From positions 9,907 to 73,906 of the forward strand of contig CANQUF010000004.1 in NCBI GenBank assembly GCA_947626975.1: a DNA stretch of 64,000 nt. Direction: 5' to 3'. The stretch is from an uncultured Clostridia bacterium. GTDB taxonomy: Bacteria > Bacillota > Clostridia > TANB77 > CAG-465. Position 1 is the first letter of the stretch; every line of letters begins with the position of its first letter. Of this stretch, positions 1 through 12,966 are shown in pieces. The notes beneath the pieces were generated by a model. The model saw only the letters and a list, made by a program, of their open reading frames with translations. It did not search any database and had not been told where the DNA came from. The position numbers and the translations under genes are program-made.

Positions 1-2087
<2,087 letters not shown>

Positions 2088-2113
2088 TAATTAAAATAAA
2101 AATTTATAATAAA

Positions 2114-2150
2114 AGCTTAACACACTAAAAAAGGTTGTTAAGTTTTTTTA
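2114..2150 (+). terminator. intrinsic terminator after obg
   Basis: Stem cttaaca/tgttaag followed by a T7 run. Confidence 0.5.
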
Positions 2151-2260
2151 TGTAATATTTTTGAAATAGCAAGTGTAAATAAATATAGTTATTAATTTTA
2201 TGTTATTAAAATATAAAAAAGAAAGCTTAACAATATATGTCAAACTTTCTTTTATTTAGC

Positions 2261-2914
2261 TTATTTTTTTCTTCGGTTTTTGAGATAATTTATTATCTTT
2301 TCCTTATTTGATAGAACCAGATAAGAAATTATAAAATAGATGATTGCAATTATAATATCAATTATCAGAATAATATAATTTCCATATCTAATAGCATTTG
2401 AACCAATACCAAATATCAATGCTAAAATCACGCCACCGATAACTTCATGTGGCATATGACCAGCTTTTATATTTATATGTGATGCTAATTCCTCCCAATA
2501 GCACTGAAGTGCTTCTGAGACCGTTGGAGATTGTGTTAAAAAACTTTTAAGAACTTTTGCTTGTTCTTGTACTCGCATCCGAATACCTAAAGCATCTCTT
2601 ATTATATATAGTGCCCAAATAATATATAATGAGAAAATTGCTACACTGCAATATACTTCACTCTTATTTTGAGCATTAGTTACTGCTTCCCATAAAATAG
2701 GAGTAACTATAATTACAGCTGTTACTGATACAGCTGTATGGCTTGATGGAAAATCTCCATCTGAAAAGAATAGCCTTAAAATAAATTTAAAGTCTGCTTT
2801 CTTTGTTATTGCAATATTAAGTATAGTTTTAAATATTTGCGAGCAACACAAAGAGCAAATAAGTGTTACACCAACGTGTATCAGTAAGTCTTTTGCTAAA
2901 TAAATATTTTCCAT
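2261..2914 (-). CDS. divergent PAP2 (DUF212-like) membrane protein
   Basis: Motifs FPSSHTA, DALGIRMRVQEQAKVL and GHMPHEVIGG in a multi-TM protein. Strong RBS aaggagga. Confidence 0.6.
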   Translation of the reverse strand: MENIYLAKDLLIHVGVTLICSLCCSQIFKTILNIAITKKADFKFILRLFFSDGDFPSSHTAVSVTAVIIVTPILWEAVTNAQNKSEVYCSVAIFSLYIIWALYIIRDALGIRMRVQEQAKVLKSFLTQSPTVSEALQCYWEELASHINIKAGHMPHEVIGGVILALIFGIGSNAIRYGNYIILIIDIIIAIIYFIISYLVLSNKEKIINYLKNRRKK

Positions 2915-3038
2915 AATATCCTCCTTTAAATTATTTAAGAGTTTTTATAAATTATGTAAATATTATAACATTTAATTATGTAAAAGTCAAATTGTATAAA
3001 AAACATATAAATATCCATAATAATATTGGTGGTAATTT

Positions 3039-3755
3039 ATGGTAGTAATAATAGTTGGTATTATAATTTTAATTTTAATTTTAATTAGTTTTATTATAAT
3101 ACCTATAAAAATAGAAATTAATGCAAACTTATTACCTACAGTTGATAAAAATAAATCAAATATTAAAAATGAAAATAATAAAAAAAATAAAGATAAATGC
3201 AAGCATTATATTAAATTTATTATACTTGGTTGTATACCTATTGTTAAAATTAATTTAGATAAAAATAATAAAAGAAATAGCAAAAATAAGAATAATAAGA
3301 ATAAGATTATAGAAACAATTTCTAAAGTATTTAGTTATTTTATATATAGTGAAAAACTAAATAAAGTTTTATTTACTAGAAAAGATTTTAAACGTTTAAA
3401 TAATAGTATATATTTTCATAAAATTAATTTAAATTTAGGAATAAATTTAAAAGAACAAATAATAAATGCATATTTAATTACTATAATTAATATTTTAATA
3501 AGTTCATATATTTCTGCTAACATAGATAGATTTGATTTAAAAGAAACACAATATTATACATATATAAGTAAAGAGATATACAATTTAAAAATTTATTGTA
3601 TAATATCTTTTAAACTTGTAAATACTATAGATATACTAATAAAAGCAATGTATAATTATAGAAAGGTGGAAAAGAAAAATGTCACAAGAACAACATCCAA
3701 TAGAAAATCTTATGATGACAGCAATGACATCTCTAGAGAGTATGATAGATGTTAA
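3039..3755 (+). CDS. membrane-anchored Lys/Asn-rich protein, YtfI-like by position
   Basis: N-terminal TM and RBS ggtgg. It lies immediately upstream of ytfJ and overlaps it. The family assignment rests on position only. Confidence 0.4.
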   Translation: MVVIIVGIIILILILISFIIIPIKIEINANLLPTVDKNKSNIKNENNKKNKDKCKHYIKFIILGCIPIVKINLDKNNKRNSKNKNNKNKIIETISKVFSYFIYSEKLNKVLFTRKDFKRLNNSIYFHKINLNLGINLKEQIINAYLITIINILISSYISANIDRFDLKETQYYTYISKEIYNLKIYCIISFKLVNTIDILIKAMYNYRKVEKKNVTRTTSNRKSYDDSNDISREYDRC

Positions 3756-4149
3756 TACTATAGTAGGAGATATGGTTACAAGTGCAGATGGAACTATTAT
3801 TATACCAGTATCTAAAGTATGTTTTGGTTTTGCTGCAGGTGGAAGTGAATTTAATAGTAATAAATTAAATAAATATTCTGATAATATGAAACTTCCATTT
3901 GGAGGAGGTAGTGGAGCAGGTGTAAATATATCACCGGTAGCATTTTTAATTGTAAAAGATGGTCAAACAAAATTATTAAATGTAGATGGAACAACGTATG
4001 TTGATAAATTAATTGATTTAGTTCCAGACGTAATATCAAAAGCTAATTCTTTAGTTGAAAAAGCAATGCAAAATCCAAAAAAGGTTGTAAAAGAAACCAT
4101 AAAATCTGAAGAAAGTCCAGATGATGTAGAAGATTGGCATAAATCATAA
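3679..4149 (+). CDS. ytfJ: sporulation protein YtfJ (GerW family)
   Basis: HPIENLMMTAM...MIDVNTIVGD...VSKVCFGFAAGGSEF...PFGGGSGAGVNISPVAFLIV matches the YtfJ pattern. RBS aaaggtgga. Confidence 0.85.
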   Translation: MSQEQHPIENLMMTAMTSLESMIDVNTIVGDMVTSADGTIIIPVSKVCFGFAAGGSEFNSNKLNKYSDNMKLPFGGGSGAGVNISPVAFLIVKDGQTKLLNVDGTTYVDKLIDLVPDVISKANSLVEKAMQNPKKVVKETIKSEESPDDVEDWHKS

Positions 4150-4153
4150 AAGA

Positions 4154-4177
4154 AAATCCGTAAATTTTTACGGATTT
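4154..4177. terminator. bidirectional hairpin between ytfJ and the convergent gene
   Basis: Perfect 9-bp stem aaatccgta/tacggattt with T-rich flanks on both strands. Confidence 0.6.
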
Positions 4178-4431
4178 CTTTTAAGCTCTTCGATGCGTTT
4201 CGCATAGAGAATATCAAAACCGATATCTTCTGCTTTCGCATCTATGTGGCATTTTACAGAAATATAAAATGTCACAATCGCGGATGGGATAATTGATATA
4301 AACATATAAATGTCATAATTTTGACACATAAGTACAGCAAAAATCCCTACCAACTCTGTAATGATCATTTCTATATTTAAAATTTTTTCAAATAATTTAA
4401 ATATAGCATAAGCAGACCACTCTGTTAACAT
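4168..4431 (-). CDS. small hypothetical membrane protein
   Basis: 87-aa ORF with hydrophobic segments, RBS agggagag, and its own promoter. Confidence 0.5.
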   Translation of the reverse strand: MLTEWSAYAIFKLFEKILNIEMIITELVGIFAVLMCQNYDIYMFISIIPSAIVTFYISVKCHIDAKAEDIGFDILYAKRIEELKRNP

Positions 4432-4484
4432 AAAAATCTCTCCCTTTTTATTTAATTTATTGGGTTTATAATAACTATACTAAT

Positions 4485-4513
4485 ATTATAGCATATAATT
4501 ATATTTATGTCAA
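4485..4513 (-). promoter_or_regulatory. sigma-A type promoter for 4168..4431
   Basis: On the minus strand: TTGACA, a 17-nt spacer, then TATAAT. The -35 lies inside the palindrome ATGTCAA-gtt-TTGACAT. Confidence 0.6.
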
Positions 4514-4590
4514 GTTTTGACATATGTGCATTAGAAATATATTAAAATAACTTATATTAATTTCATTATAATATATAAATTAATCTGTAT

Positions 4591-4629
4591 AAAAAATCAG
4601 CCCTAATTAAATATATAATTAGAACTGAT
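4591..4629 (-). terminator. terminator after the Cys-rich small membrane gene
   Basis: Imperfect 13-bp stem (atcagccctaatt/aattagaactgat) followed by T6 on the minus strand. Confidence 0.55.
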
Positions 4630-4643
4630 TAGTACATCATTTG

Positions 4644-4853
4644 TTAAATTTTTCTTTTTCTTGCACTTGTGTTTGTGCTTATGCTTGTTGCGGTCTTTTT
4701 ATCGTCACAGTTATCACAGTTATCACAAGCCGATTTTTTTTTGCTTTTTTCTCTTATTAGTAGATAAATAAATATTACAATAAGGAAAAAACCAATAATC
4801 AAAAAGTAAGCAGGGAATATAATGTCCTGAGTAAGCCAGTCAAAAAAAGTCAT
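4644..4853 (-). CDS. small membrane protein with a Cys-rich tail (FeoB-associated Cys-rich-like)
   Basis: One TM, then KKKSACDNCDNCDD. RBS aaggagag supports the start at the internal Met (4853) rather than 4883. Confidence 0.45.
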   Translation of the reverse strand: MTFFDWLTQDIIFPAYFLIIGFFLIVIFIYLLIREKSKKKSACDNCDNCDDKKTATSISTNTSARKRKI

Positions 4854-5032
4854 ATTATTACTCTCCTTTTTAGCCAAAAACATGCATACTTCGTTAAAAA
4901 CTAAATAAGATTATATTTTGAATATAATTTTTAATTTTACTAATATACATATTAATGTGCTATTTTTTTTATTTTATATTCTATGATTATAGCACTTTAT
5001 ACGATAAAAGTCAAGACATAATATCAAATTAT

Positions 5033-5061
5033 TTGACTTTTTATTAATTCATATATATAAT
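5033..5061 (+). promoter_or_regulatory. promoter of the acyl-CoA ligase gene
   Basis: TTGACT, 17 nt, TATAAT. The -35 is the right arm of a 9-bp inverted repeat AAAAGTCAA-N18-TTGACTTTT (5006-5041). Confidence 0.45.
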
Positions 5062-5082
5062 ATATTAGTGAGGAGATTAATT

Positions 5083-6801
5083 ATGGAAAAAGAAAAAATA
5101 ATGGATTCACTTAAAGATATATTAAATATAAAATGTAATATGTATAAAAATAAAGTTGCTTTTTTAGAAAAAGATGACAAGTTAAAAAAATTTGTACCTA
5201 TGACATATGGAGAGTTAAAAGATAATATAAATGGACTTGGTACAATAATGATAGAAAAGTTAAACTTATCTGGTGAAAAAATTGCAGTTATTGGAGAAAA
5301 TAGCATAAAATGGTATCAAACATATATGGCAGTATCATGCGGAGTTGGAATCATAGTTCCATTAGATAAAGAATTACCAGAAAATGAAATTTTAAATTTA
5401 TTAAAAAGGGCAGAGTGTAAAGCAATAGTGTATTCTTCGAGAAAAAAAGATATTGTAGAAAATATAAAAGAGAATTTATCAGATGATCTAATTTGTATAG
5501 AAATGGAAAAAGAAAAATCAGATAATATAAGTTATTCATATGATGAGCTTGTAAAAGAAGGTAAAAATTTAGTAGATACGGGTAATGATAGATATATTAA
5601 TGTAAAAATTAATAGTGATGAATTTAATATATTATTATTTACTTCTGGAACAACAGCAGCAGCAAAAGGAGTAATGTTATCACATAAAAATATATGTACA
5701 GATATTTTTGCATGTTATAATATAGTTCCTATGTTTGGCAAATATACCACACTTTCAATATTACCAATGCATCATACATATGAAATGACACTTAATTATT
5801 TATTTATGACAAGTGTTGGGGGAACAATTGCTATATGTGAAGGATTAAAATATATTGCTAAAAATATTCAAGAAATAAGACCTGATTTTTTAGTTGCTGT
5901 ACCAGCACTTATTGATAATTTAGTAAAGAAAATAGATAAAAAAGTAAAGGAAGAAGGAAAGGAAAAATTAGTTAAAACTGTAGGAAACATAGCAGGTGGG
6001 TTAAATAAAATTGGAATAGATATACGTAAATCTGTATTTAAAGAAATACATAAAAGTTTGGGAGGAAATTTAAAATATATATTTTGTGGAGCAGCACCAC
6101 TTGATAAAGAATTAGCTAAAAAATTAGAAAAATTTGGTTTTACATTATTGCAAGGGTATGGACTAACTGAATGTGCACCTTTAATTGCAGGAAATACTTT
6201 GAAAGATAGAGAGTTAGGTACTGTAGGAAAGGCTGTATGTGTAGATGAAATTAGAATTGATTTGAGTGAAAATGATGACGAAAATAGTAATATTGGTGAG
6301 ATAATAGTAAAAGGAGACAATGTCTTCTTGGGATATTATAATGATGAAAAAGAAACAAAGAAAGTATTAAAAAAAGGTTGGTTTTATACAGGCGATATAG
6401 GATATTTTGATTTGAAGGGAAATCTTGTTATTACAGGTAGAAGCAAAAATGTAATTGTAACATTAAATGGCAAAAAAATATTTCCAGAAGAATTAGAAAA
6501 TCTATTAAATAGAATTGATCTTGTTAGCGAGTCTATGGTGTATGGAGAGGTAAGTAAAACTAACAAAAATGAACTTATAGTTACAGCTAGAGTTACTTTA
6601 GATGAGGAGTATATTGATGATAAATATGCTTCAAAACGTCCTAGTGATGATGAGTTATACCAAATGGTTTGGGAAGAAATAAAAAAAATAAATAGAAGTG
6701 TAGTTGCATATAAAGCTATTAAAAAATTAGAAATAAAGAAAGAACAGTTTGTAAAAACTACAACAATGAAAATAAAAAGATATGAAGAACTTAAAAAATA
6801 G
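5083..6801 (+). CDS. AMP-dependent synthetase / long-chain-fatty-acid--CoA ligase
   Basis: AMP-binding motif FTSGTTAAAKGVMLSH, plus GYGLTE and YTGDIG. RBS aggaga 6 nt before ATG 5083; the track's GTG 5068 start was rejected. Confidence 0.85.
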   Translation: MEKEKIMDSLKDILNIKCNMYKNKVAFLEKDDKLKKFVPMTYGELKDNINGLGTIMIEKLNLSGEKIAVIGENSIKWYQTYMAVSCGVGIIVPLDKELPENEILNLLKRAECKAIVYSSRKKDIVENIKENLSDDLICIEMEKEKSDNISYSYDELVKEGKNLVDTGNDRYINVKINSDEFNILLFTSGTTAAAKGVMLSHKNICTDIFACYNIVPMFGKYTTLSILPMHHTYEMTLNYLFMTSVGGTIAICEGLKYIAKNIQEIRPDFLVAVPALIDNLVKKIDKKVKEEGKEKLVKTVGNIAGGLNKIGIDIRKSVFKEIHKSLGGNLKYIFCGAAPLDKELAKKLEKFGFTLLQGYGLTECAPLIAGNTLKDRELGTVGKAVCVDEIRIDLSENDDENSNIGEIIVKGDNVFLGYYNDEKETKKVLKKGWFYTGDIGYFDLKGNLVITGRSKNVIVTLNGKKIFPEELENLLNRIDLVSESMVYGEVSKTNKNELIVTARVTLDEEYIDDKYASKRPSDDELYQMVWEEIKKINRSVVAYKAIKKLEIKKEQFVKTTTMKIKRYEELKK

Positions 6802-6998
6802 ATAATAAATAATATTAGCCCTCGTAATTATTATACTATGCTTAAGTGTATAATTGTATAAAAATTAACATAGTTTTAATAATAGCGGGGTAAAATAATG
6901 GGTAACAGAACTATTGGCAGGTATTTTATCATTATTAACAAGCATAGCAGGATTACCAGAATTAGGAGAAAAATCAAGTAATTAATAAATAATAATAC

Positions 6999-7033
6999 AA
7001 AAAACTTGTAATATAATATATTACAAGTTTTTA
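6999..7033. terminator. bidirectional terminator downstream of tRNA-Lys
   Basis: Perfect 12-bp stem aacttgtaatat/atattacaagtt with a 3-nt loop, flanked by an A-run and a T-run. Confidence 0.7.
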
Positions 7034-7040
7034 TATTAAT

Positions 7041-7116
7041 TGGTGCACCATCGGGGGCTCGAACCCCGGACAAATTGCTTAAGAGGCAACTGCTCTACCA
7101 ACTGAGCTAATGGTAC
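7041..7116 (-). tRNA. tRNA-Lys (anticodon CUU)
   Basis: The reverse complement folds as a 76-nt cloverleaf. It has a 7-bp acceptor stem, D-arm GCTC/GAGC, anticodon loop CU-CUU-AA, T-arm CGGGG-TTCGAGC-CCCCG and an encoded CCA. Confidence 0.9.
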
Positions 7117-7252
7117 ATATCTATTAACTATTATACTATTTAAAAGTCGGTATGTCAATACATTAAATAAAAATTATTTTATAATTAACTTGTATTGAAA
7201 ATTAACAAAAATTATGATATTATCTATAATATAGTAGGAGGGATGTTGGCAA

Positions 7253-8491
7253 ATGTTAGAAAAGAATGATATAGAGATATATAATTGTATTATGTCTGAA
7301 AATTATAGGCAAGAAAATAATATTGAACTTATAGCATCTGAAAACTTTGTTAGTAAATCTGTACTAGAGGCAATGGGATCTATTCTTACTAATAAATATG
7401 CTGAGGGTTATCCTGAAAAAAGATATTATGGTGGTTGTGAAAACATCGATAAAATTGAAACTATTGCCATAGAGAGAGCTAAAAAGTTATTTAAAGCTGA
7501 GCATGTAAATGTGCAACCACATAGTGGTAGCCAGGCAAATATGGCTGTATATATGTCTGTTTTAAATTTAGGTGATACAATAATGGGAATGAGTCTATCT
7601 AATGGTGGACATTTGACTCATGGTAGTAATGTTAATTTTTCAGGAAAGTTATATAATGTAGTTCCTTATGGTACAGATGATAATGGATATATTGATTATG
7701 ATGAAGTATTAAATATTGCAAAAAAAGTAAAACCAAAAATGATTGTAGCAGGTGCTAGTGCATATCCTAGAAAGATTGATTTTTGTAAATTTAGAAAAAT
7801 TGCAGATGAGGTAGGTGCATATCTTACGGTAGATATGGCACATATTGCAGGACTTGTTTGTACAGATAATCATATGTCTCCAGTACCATATGCTGATTTT
7901 GTTACTTCTACTACACATAAAACTTTAAGGGGACCTAGAGGTGGAATTATTATATGCAAAGAAAAATATGCAAAACAAATAGATAAAACAATTTTTCCAG
8001 GTATACAAGGTGGACCATTAGAACATATTATAGCAGCAAAGGCAGTATGTTTTAAAGAAGCATTATCGCCTGAATTTAAGGAATATATTGATCAAGTAGT
8101 TTTAAATTGTAAAATCTTAGGTGATGAATTAATAAAAAGAGGATATAATTTAGTATCTGGTGGAACAGATAATCATTTACTGCTTATAAATCTAGAAAAT
8201 AAAAATATAACAGGAAAAGAAGCAGAAAATATATTACATAGTGTTAATATTACTGTAAATAAAAATGCTGTTCCAAATGATAAACAAAGTCCTTTTATAA
8301 CTAGTGGAATAAGAGTAGGTACAGCGGCTTGTACTACAAAAGGTTTAAAAGAAGAAGATATGATTAAGCTTGCAGAAGCAATAGATTTAGTGTTGTGCAA
8401 GAATGTTTCTAATTTAACTGTTAGTGAATATGAAAAAAATAAAAGTAAATCATTGCAAATAGTTGATAGCTTAATAAAAAAATATATATAG
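7253..8491 (+). CDS. glyA: serine hydroxymethyltransferase
   Basis: PLP-lysine motif [14 protein letters not shown]; full-length 412 aa; RBS aggaggga. Confidence 0.95.
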   Translation: MLEKNDIEIYNCIMSENYRQENNIELIASENFVSKSVLEAMGSILTNKYAEGYPEKRYYGGCENIDKIETIAIERAKKLFKAEHVNVQPHSGSQANMAVYMSVLNLGDTIMGMSLSNGGHLTHGSNVNFSGKLYNVVPYGTDDNGYIDYDEVLNIAKKVKPKMIVAGASAYPRKIDFCKFRKIADEVGAYLTVDMAHIAGLVCTDNHMSPVPYADFVTSTTHKTLRGPRGGIIICKEKYAKQIDKTIFPGIQGGPLEHIIAAKAVCFKEALSPEFKEYIDQVVLNCKILGDELIKRGYNLVSGGTDNHLLLINLENKNITGKEAENILHSVNITVNKNAVPNDKQSPFITSGIRVGTAACTTKGLKEEDMIKLAEAIDLVLCKNVSNLTVSEYEKNKSKSLQIVDSLIKKYI

Positions 8492-8501
8492 GAGGTAGTG
8501 T

Positions 8502-9815
8502 ATGAAATCGATTTCTCTAGATTTACATGGAGTATCAGAATTTATTAATGAAACTGATATGGAATTAATGAAAGATAAGGTATATAAAGCACATGATATG
8601 TTAGAAAATAAATCAGGTTTAGGAAGTAATATGCTTGGATGGCTAAAATTACCTGAAAATAGAAATGATGAGGAAATTAAAAGAATAAAAAGTGCAGCTG
8701 AAAAAATAAAAAAACAAGCTGATGTTTTTGTAGTTGTAGGAATAGGTGGCTCATACTTAGGTGCTAAGGCAATTATTGATATATTTTCTAATTCATTTAA
8801 TAATTTATTATCAAGGGAAGATAGAAAAACTCCTGAAATAATATTTGCAGGAAATACATTAAGTGCAAAATATATAAGAAATTTAGTAGAATATATAAAA
8901 GATAAAGATGTTGCAATTAATGTAATATCAAAGTCAGGCACTACATTAGAACCTGCAATTACATTTAGAATTTTAAGAGAATTTCTAGAAAAAAAATATG
9001 GTATAACTGGAGCAGCACAAAGAATTTATGTTACTACTGATGAAAGAAAAGGAATTTTACATGATATAGCTATAAAACAAGAATATGAAATGTTTGTAAT
9101 ACCTGATGATGTAGGTGGAAGATATTCAGTTTTAACACCTGTAGGTTTGCTTCCAATGGCAGTTGCAAATATTGATATTGAAGATATTTTAGATGGAGCC
9201 CTATTTGCATCTCATGTATTTAATCAAAAAGATATTGAAATAAATGACTGTTATAAATATGCTGCAATAAGAAATATATTATATCAGAAAGGGAAAAGTA
9301 TAGAAATTCTTGCAAGTTATGAACCTTCTTTTCAGTACTTTATAGAATGGTTTAAACAATTATTTGGCGAAAGTGAAGGAAAAGAAAACAAAGGTATATA
9401 TCCAAGTGGAGCGTTATTTACAACAGATTTACATTCTATGGGACAACTTATACAAGAAGGAACTAGAAATATATTTGAAACTGTAATTGACATAGCAATT
9501 GATAGAAGCTTTATACAATTACCAGCTATAAAAGATAATTCTGATGGATTAAACTATTTAGCAGATAAAGACATAGATTATATAAATAAACAAGCTTTTT
9601 TAGGTACAGTAAAAGCACATGTTGATGGAGGAGTACCTAACATTATAATACAAATGGAAGATATAACTGAATATAATGTAGGACAACTTATATATTTTTT
9701 TGAAAAAGCATGTGCAATTAGTGGATATATTTTAGGCGTAAATCCATTTAATCAACCAGGTGTTGAGTCGTATAAAAGAAATATGATGGATTTATTAAAA
9801 AAAGAGGAAAAGTAA
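8502..9815 (+). CDS. pgi: glucose-6-phosphate isomerase (Firmicute ~440-aa type)
   Basis: Motifs GIGGSYLGAKA, DVGGRYSVLT and GESEGK. Confidence 0.9.
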   Translation: MKSISLDLHGVSEFINETDMELMKDKVYKAHDMLENKSGLGSNMLGWLKLPENRNDEEIKRIKSAAEKIKKQADVFVVVGIGGSYLGAKAIIDIFSNSFNNLLSREDRKTPEIIFAGNTLSAKYIRNLVEYIKDKDVAINVISKSGTTLEPAITFRILREFLEKKYGITGAAQRIYVTTDERKGILHDIAIKQEYEMFVIPDDVGGRYSVLTPVGLLPMAVANIDIEDILDGALFASHVFNQKDIEINDCYKYAAIRNILYQKGKSIEILASYEPSFQYFIEWFKQLFGESEGKENKGIYPSGALFTTDLHSMGQLIQEGTRNIFETVIDIAIDRSFIQLPAIKDNSDGLNYLADKDIDYINKQAFLGTVKAHVDGGVPNIIIQMEDITEYNVGQLIYFFEKACAISGYILGVNPFNQPGVESYKRNMMDLLKKEEK

Positions 9816-9836
9816 AATTAGTAAAAGGTGAAATAA

Positions 9837-10385
9837 ATGAAGAAAAATGATGCTATACTTTTAATAATTGGTATTGTCTTATCAATATTAGCAATTATAT
9901 ATATAATATATAAGTTATTTTTTGGGGATATTTGGGCAAAAAATGCAGATAAATTAAATAGGAAAATATGCCAGATAGATAAAGAAGAAGAATATATTAA
10001 TGATTTAAATAAATATATTTCATTTGATTGGGATAAATTATATGTATTTAATGAAAATGTACAAATTGATAGAATATACGAAGTAGTTGGAAATAAGTGG
10101 GAAAGTATAAATAAAGTAACAAATGACGGAATGCAACAATTAGTATTTGTAAAAGATTCTAAGGTCGTTTGTTATATATATGGATATCCTAAAAGAAAGA
10201 AAGTATCTTACGATTTTGGAAATCTAGATAATAATGGAGAATATACTATATTTGATTCAACTGATACTTTATCATTTGAAATTAAAATTGGTAAAGATAA
10301 AATTAGATATCTAAACTTTATAAAAAATAATAATGAAGAAAATATTTTAGAAAATTCAAATGAAACTATAAATATTGAAGAATAA
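9837..10385 (+). CDS. hypothetical membrane-anchored protein
   Basis: N-terminal TM, RBS aaaggtga; no recognisable motif. Confidence 0.5.
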   Translation: MKKNDAILLIIGIVLSILAIIYIIYKLFFGDIWAKNADKLNRKICQIDKEEEYINDLNKYISFDWDKLYVFNENVQIDRIYEVVGNKWESINKVTNDGMQQLVFVKDSKVVCYIYGYPKRKKVSYDFGNLDNNGEYTIFDSTDTLSFEIKIGKDKIRYLNFIKNNNEENILENSNETINIEE

Positions 10386-10425
10386 TACTAAAGTCATCTC
10401 ATATAATGTAATGAGGTGGCTTTTT

Positions 10426-11415
10426 ATGATAAATTGTGCAATAGTAGGTGCTACAGGATTAGTAGGAAATATGTTTTTAAAGGTATTAGAAGAAAAAAAG
10501 TTAAATATTGATAGTTATACATTATTTGCTTCTAGTAAATCAAAAGGAAAAAAAATTAAATTTTTTGGAAAAGAATATGAGGTAGAAGAATTAACTAAAG
10601 ATAGTTTTAATAATAATAGATTTAATTATGCACTTTTTTCAGCAGGTTCACAGGTAAGTCAGATATATGCTCCAATTGCTGCAAGTAATGGCTGTATAGT
10701 TATAGATAATAGTAGTAATTTCAGAATGAAATCAGATGTACCATTGGTAGTTCCAGAAGTGAATAAAGAAGAAATATTTAAAAATAATGGTATAATTGCA
10801 AATCCAAATTGTTCTACAATACAAGCAGTTATTCCACTTAATATATTAAATAAAATGTATGATATTAAAAGAGTTGTATATTCAACATATCAAGCAGTAT
10901 CTGGGGCTGGAATAAAAGGAATAAATGATTTAAAAAATACAAGTATAGGTAAAAAGGCTGAAAAGTTTCCATATCCAATATATAATAATTGTATACCACA
11001 AATAGATATATTTCTTGAAAATGGATATACAAAAGAAGAAATGAAAATGATTGAGGAAACTAGAAAAATATTAAACTTACCTAAATTAAATATTACTGCA
11101 ACTTGTGTAAGAGTACCAGTAGAAAATTCACATTCTGAAAGTATTAATGTGGAATTTAATGAAGAATTTGATATAAAAGAATTAAAACAAAATCTTGCAA
11201 GAGAAGAATCAATTGTATTGCTTGATGACCCCGAAAGAGAAATTTATCCTCTATGTACATTTGCAGATAGTAAAGATGAAGTATTTATAGGAAGGATTAG
11301 GAGAGATTATAGTGTAAAAAGCGGTATAAATATGTGGGTCGTTGCTGATAACATAAGAAAGGGTGCTGCTACAAATGCTGTACAAATTTTAGAAAAATTA
11401 TTAGAAAAAAGATAA
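10426..11415 (+). CDS. asd: aspartate-semialdehyde dehydrogenase
   Basis: N-terminal IVGATGLVG and active-site IANPNCSTIQ. RBS gaggtgg supports ATG 10426, not the track start 10375. Confidence 0.9.
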   Translation: MINCAIVGATGLVGNMFLKVLEEKKLNIDSYTLFASSKSKGKKIKFFGKEYEVEELTKDSFNNNRFNYALFSAGSQVSQIYAPIAASNGCIVIDNSSNFRMKSDVPLVVPEVNKEEIFKNNGIIANPNCSTIQAVIPLNILNKMYDIKRVVYSTYQAVSGAGIKGINDLKNTSIGKKAEKFPYPIYNNCIPQIDIFLENGYTKEEMKMIEETRKILNLPKLNITATCVRVPVENSHSESINVEFNEEFDIKELKQNLAREESIVLLDDPEREIYPLCTFADSKDEVFIGRIRRDYSVKSGINMWVVADNIRKGAATNAVQILEKLLEKR

Positions 11416-11699
11416 AATAAGAACTAATATTAATTTTAAAATATTACCTATAAAATAGTATTTATATAAAAAGCACACTTTTTATAATTGCTTATTTTAT
11501 AAGTAATATTTTATTTATAGTATTAGATTTTTTTATTTATATAAATTAAATTTTTATCTAATATAGTCAAAAAAGGTATTTAATATACATATTATTTTTT
11601 GCTTGTACATATAATTTAAAATGAATAATAAACTTGATTTTTTTATATAAATAGTATACAATATCAATGTTATTAATTATAGAAAGAAAAGGTGAGTTT

Positions 11700-12935
11700 A
11701 TGAAAAATAAGTTAAAATATAGTTTATATATTTTTGTATTTTTATTTACAGTTATGTTTTCATTTTGCATGAATTCTATATTTGCAGCTGAAAATGAATA
11801 TAAAATATCAAGTATTTTTGATATAAAAGCCTTTGAAGGAATTTATAAATATAGTTCAGATAATGATGAAATTTATTTACCATTTGTTAGATATGCATTA
11901 GGTAGAATAACTGTTGATAAGGAAATATCAAAAATGGGTGTAAGTTTTACTTCAAGTACAATTGATGTTAATGCACCTATGAAAGCTATTCAAGTATTGT
12001 TTGCAAGAGATAGTATAAGAGTAAATAATGAAATGGAATATGCGATTATATATTCAACAGGAGATGTTGTTATAGATTCAACTATTTCTAAAAGTGCTAT
12101 TATATTTAGTTCTGGAACGATAACTATAACAGAAAATGCAACAATAAATGAAGATTTAATTTGTTTTGGAAGCAAACTAAATATAAAAGGAAAAGTAAAT
12201 GGTAGTGTTATTAATACTTCTGATAATTTAGAATTAAGTGGAAGTATTAATAAAGATTTAAGATGCTATATAAATGAAATGAACTTAGATGAAAATACTG
12301 AAATTTTAGGTAATATATATATAAAAACATATAATAAAAATTTAAATTTACCTGAAAAATTTAAAAATGCAACTATAGATATTTTAGAAGTTCAATCTGA
12401 AAATATATGGGATATTATATTAAATATTTTAGTAGATTCAATAATTTTAGTAATATTATATATAGTATTAAATAAAATTACAAAAGAGAAGATGTTTGAT
12501 AAAATGTTAAATGTAACTAAATATCATCCAGTATTTATTATATTATCAGGCTCTATTATACTGTTATCTATACCAGCTATAGCATTTATTATAATCATTT
12601 TATTACTATTACAATTATGGATTATAGCTATACCAATTACAATATTATATGTTGGATTTTTAATTATAGTTTTAATGTTATCTAAGTTTTTTGTTGGAAA
12701 TGTTATATATAAATATATGAAAGAAAAATATTTTAAAGATATAAGTAAAGCATATTCTACTATATCTCTATTGGTTATATATATATGTTTATTTTCAATT
12801 TGTAAAATTCCATTAATTGGAGATTATATAAATATAGCAATAGCAATGCTTTCTGTAGGTATAACCTTTACATCAATATTTAGAAAAAATAATAAAGGAT
12901 TACAAAATTCAAAGAAGGAAATAAATAAAAAATAG
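11700..12935 (+). CDS. membrane protein: signal peptide, repetitive beta-rich (bactofilin-like) ectodomain, C-terminal multi-TM region
   Basis: Signal-like N-terminus from ATG 11700 (RBS aaaggtga). Periodic G-x-(I/V) segments, then 4 or more TM helices. Confidence 0.45.
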   Translation: MKNKLKYSLYIFVFLFTVMFSFCMNSIFAAENEYKISSIFDIKAFEGIYKYSSDNDEIYLPFVRYALGRITVDKEISKMGVSFTSSTIDVNAPMKAIQVLFARDSIRVNNEMEYAIIYSTGDVVIDSTISKSAIIFSSGTITITENATINEDLICFGSKLNIKGKVNGSVINTSDNLELSGSINKDLRCYINEMNLDENTEILGNIYIKTYNKNLNLPEKFKNATIDILEVQSENIWDIILNILVDSIILVILYIVLNKITKEKMFDKMLNVTKYHPVFIILSGSIILLSIPAIAFIIIILLLLQLWIIAIPITILYVGFLIIVLMLSKFFVGNVIYKYMKEKYFKDISKAYSTISLLVIYICLFSICKIPLIGDYINIAIAMLSVGITFTSIFRKNNKGLQNSKKEINKK

Positions 12936-12966
12936 TATAGACATATAAAAAGGTGGAATTTAATTT

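Noticed and set aside
3679-3755. The 77-nt overlap between the YtfI-like ORF and ytfJ as a sign of frameshifting or gene fusion
   Set aside because: Both ORFs have their own RBS and complete, plausible termini. The overlap lies in the low-complexity tail of the upstream ORF and is most simply a benign overlap or a slightly over-extended ORF.
6898-6981. 27-codon, very basic small ORF (MGNRTIGRYFIIINKHSRITRIRRKIK) with a weak GGGG SD-like element
   Set aside because: It is too short and compositionally trivial in AT-rich DNA. Nothing I can see from the sequence alone supports it.
6876-7073. 65-aa minus-strand ORF from the ORF track
   Set aside because: It overlaps tRNA-Lys and its terminator hairpin, has no RBS, and its translation is low-complexity.
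10375-10425. Upstream-extended starts given by the ORF track (asd 10375, ppaC 44035, rplS 48470, fadD-like 5068, DUF2207 55895, 11667, rimM 47300)
   Set aside because: In each case an internal ATG has a properly spaced SD and yields the family-typical N-terminus. The extensions overlap upstream genes or lack an RBS.
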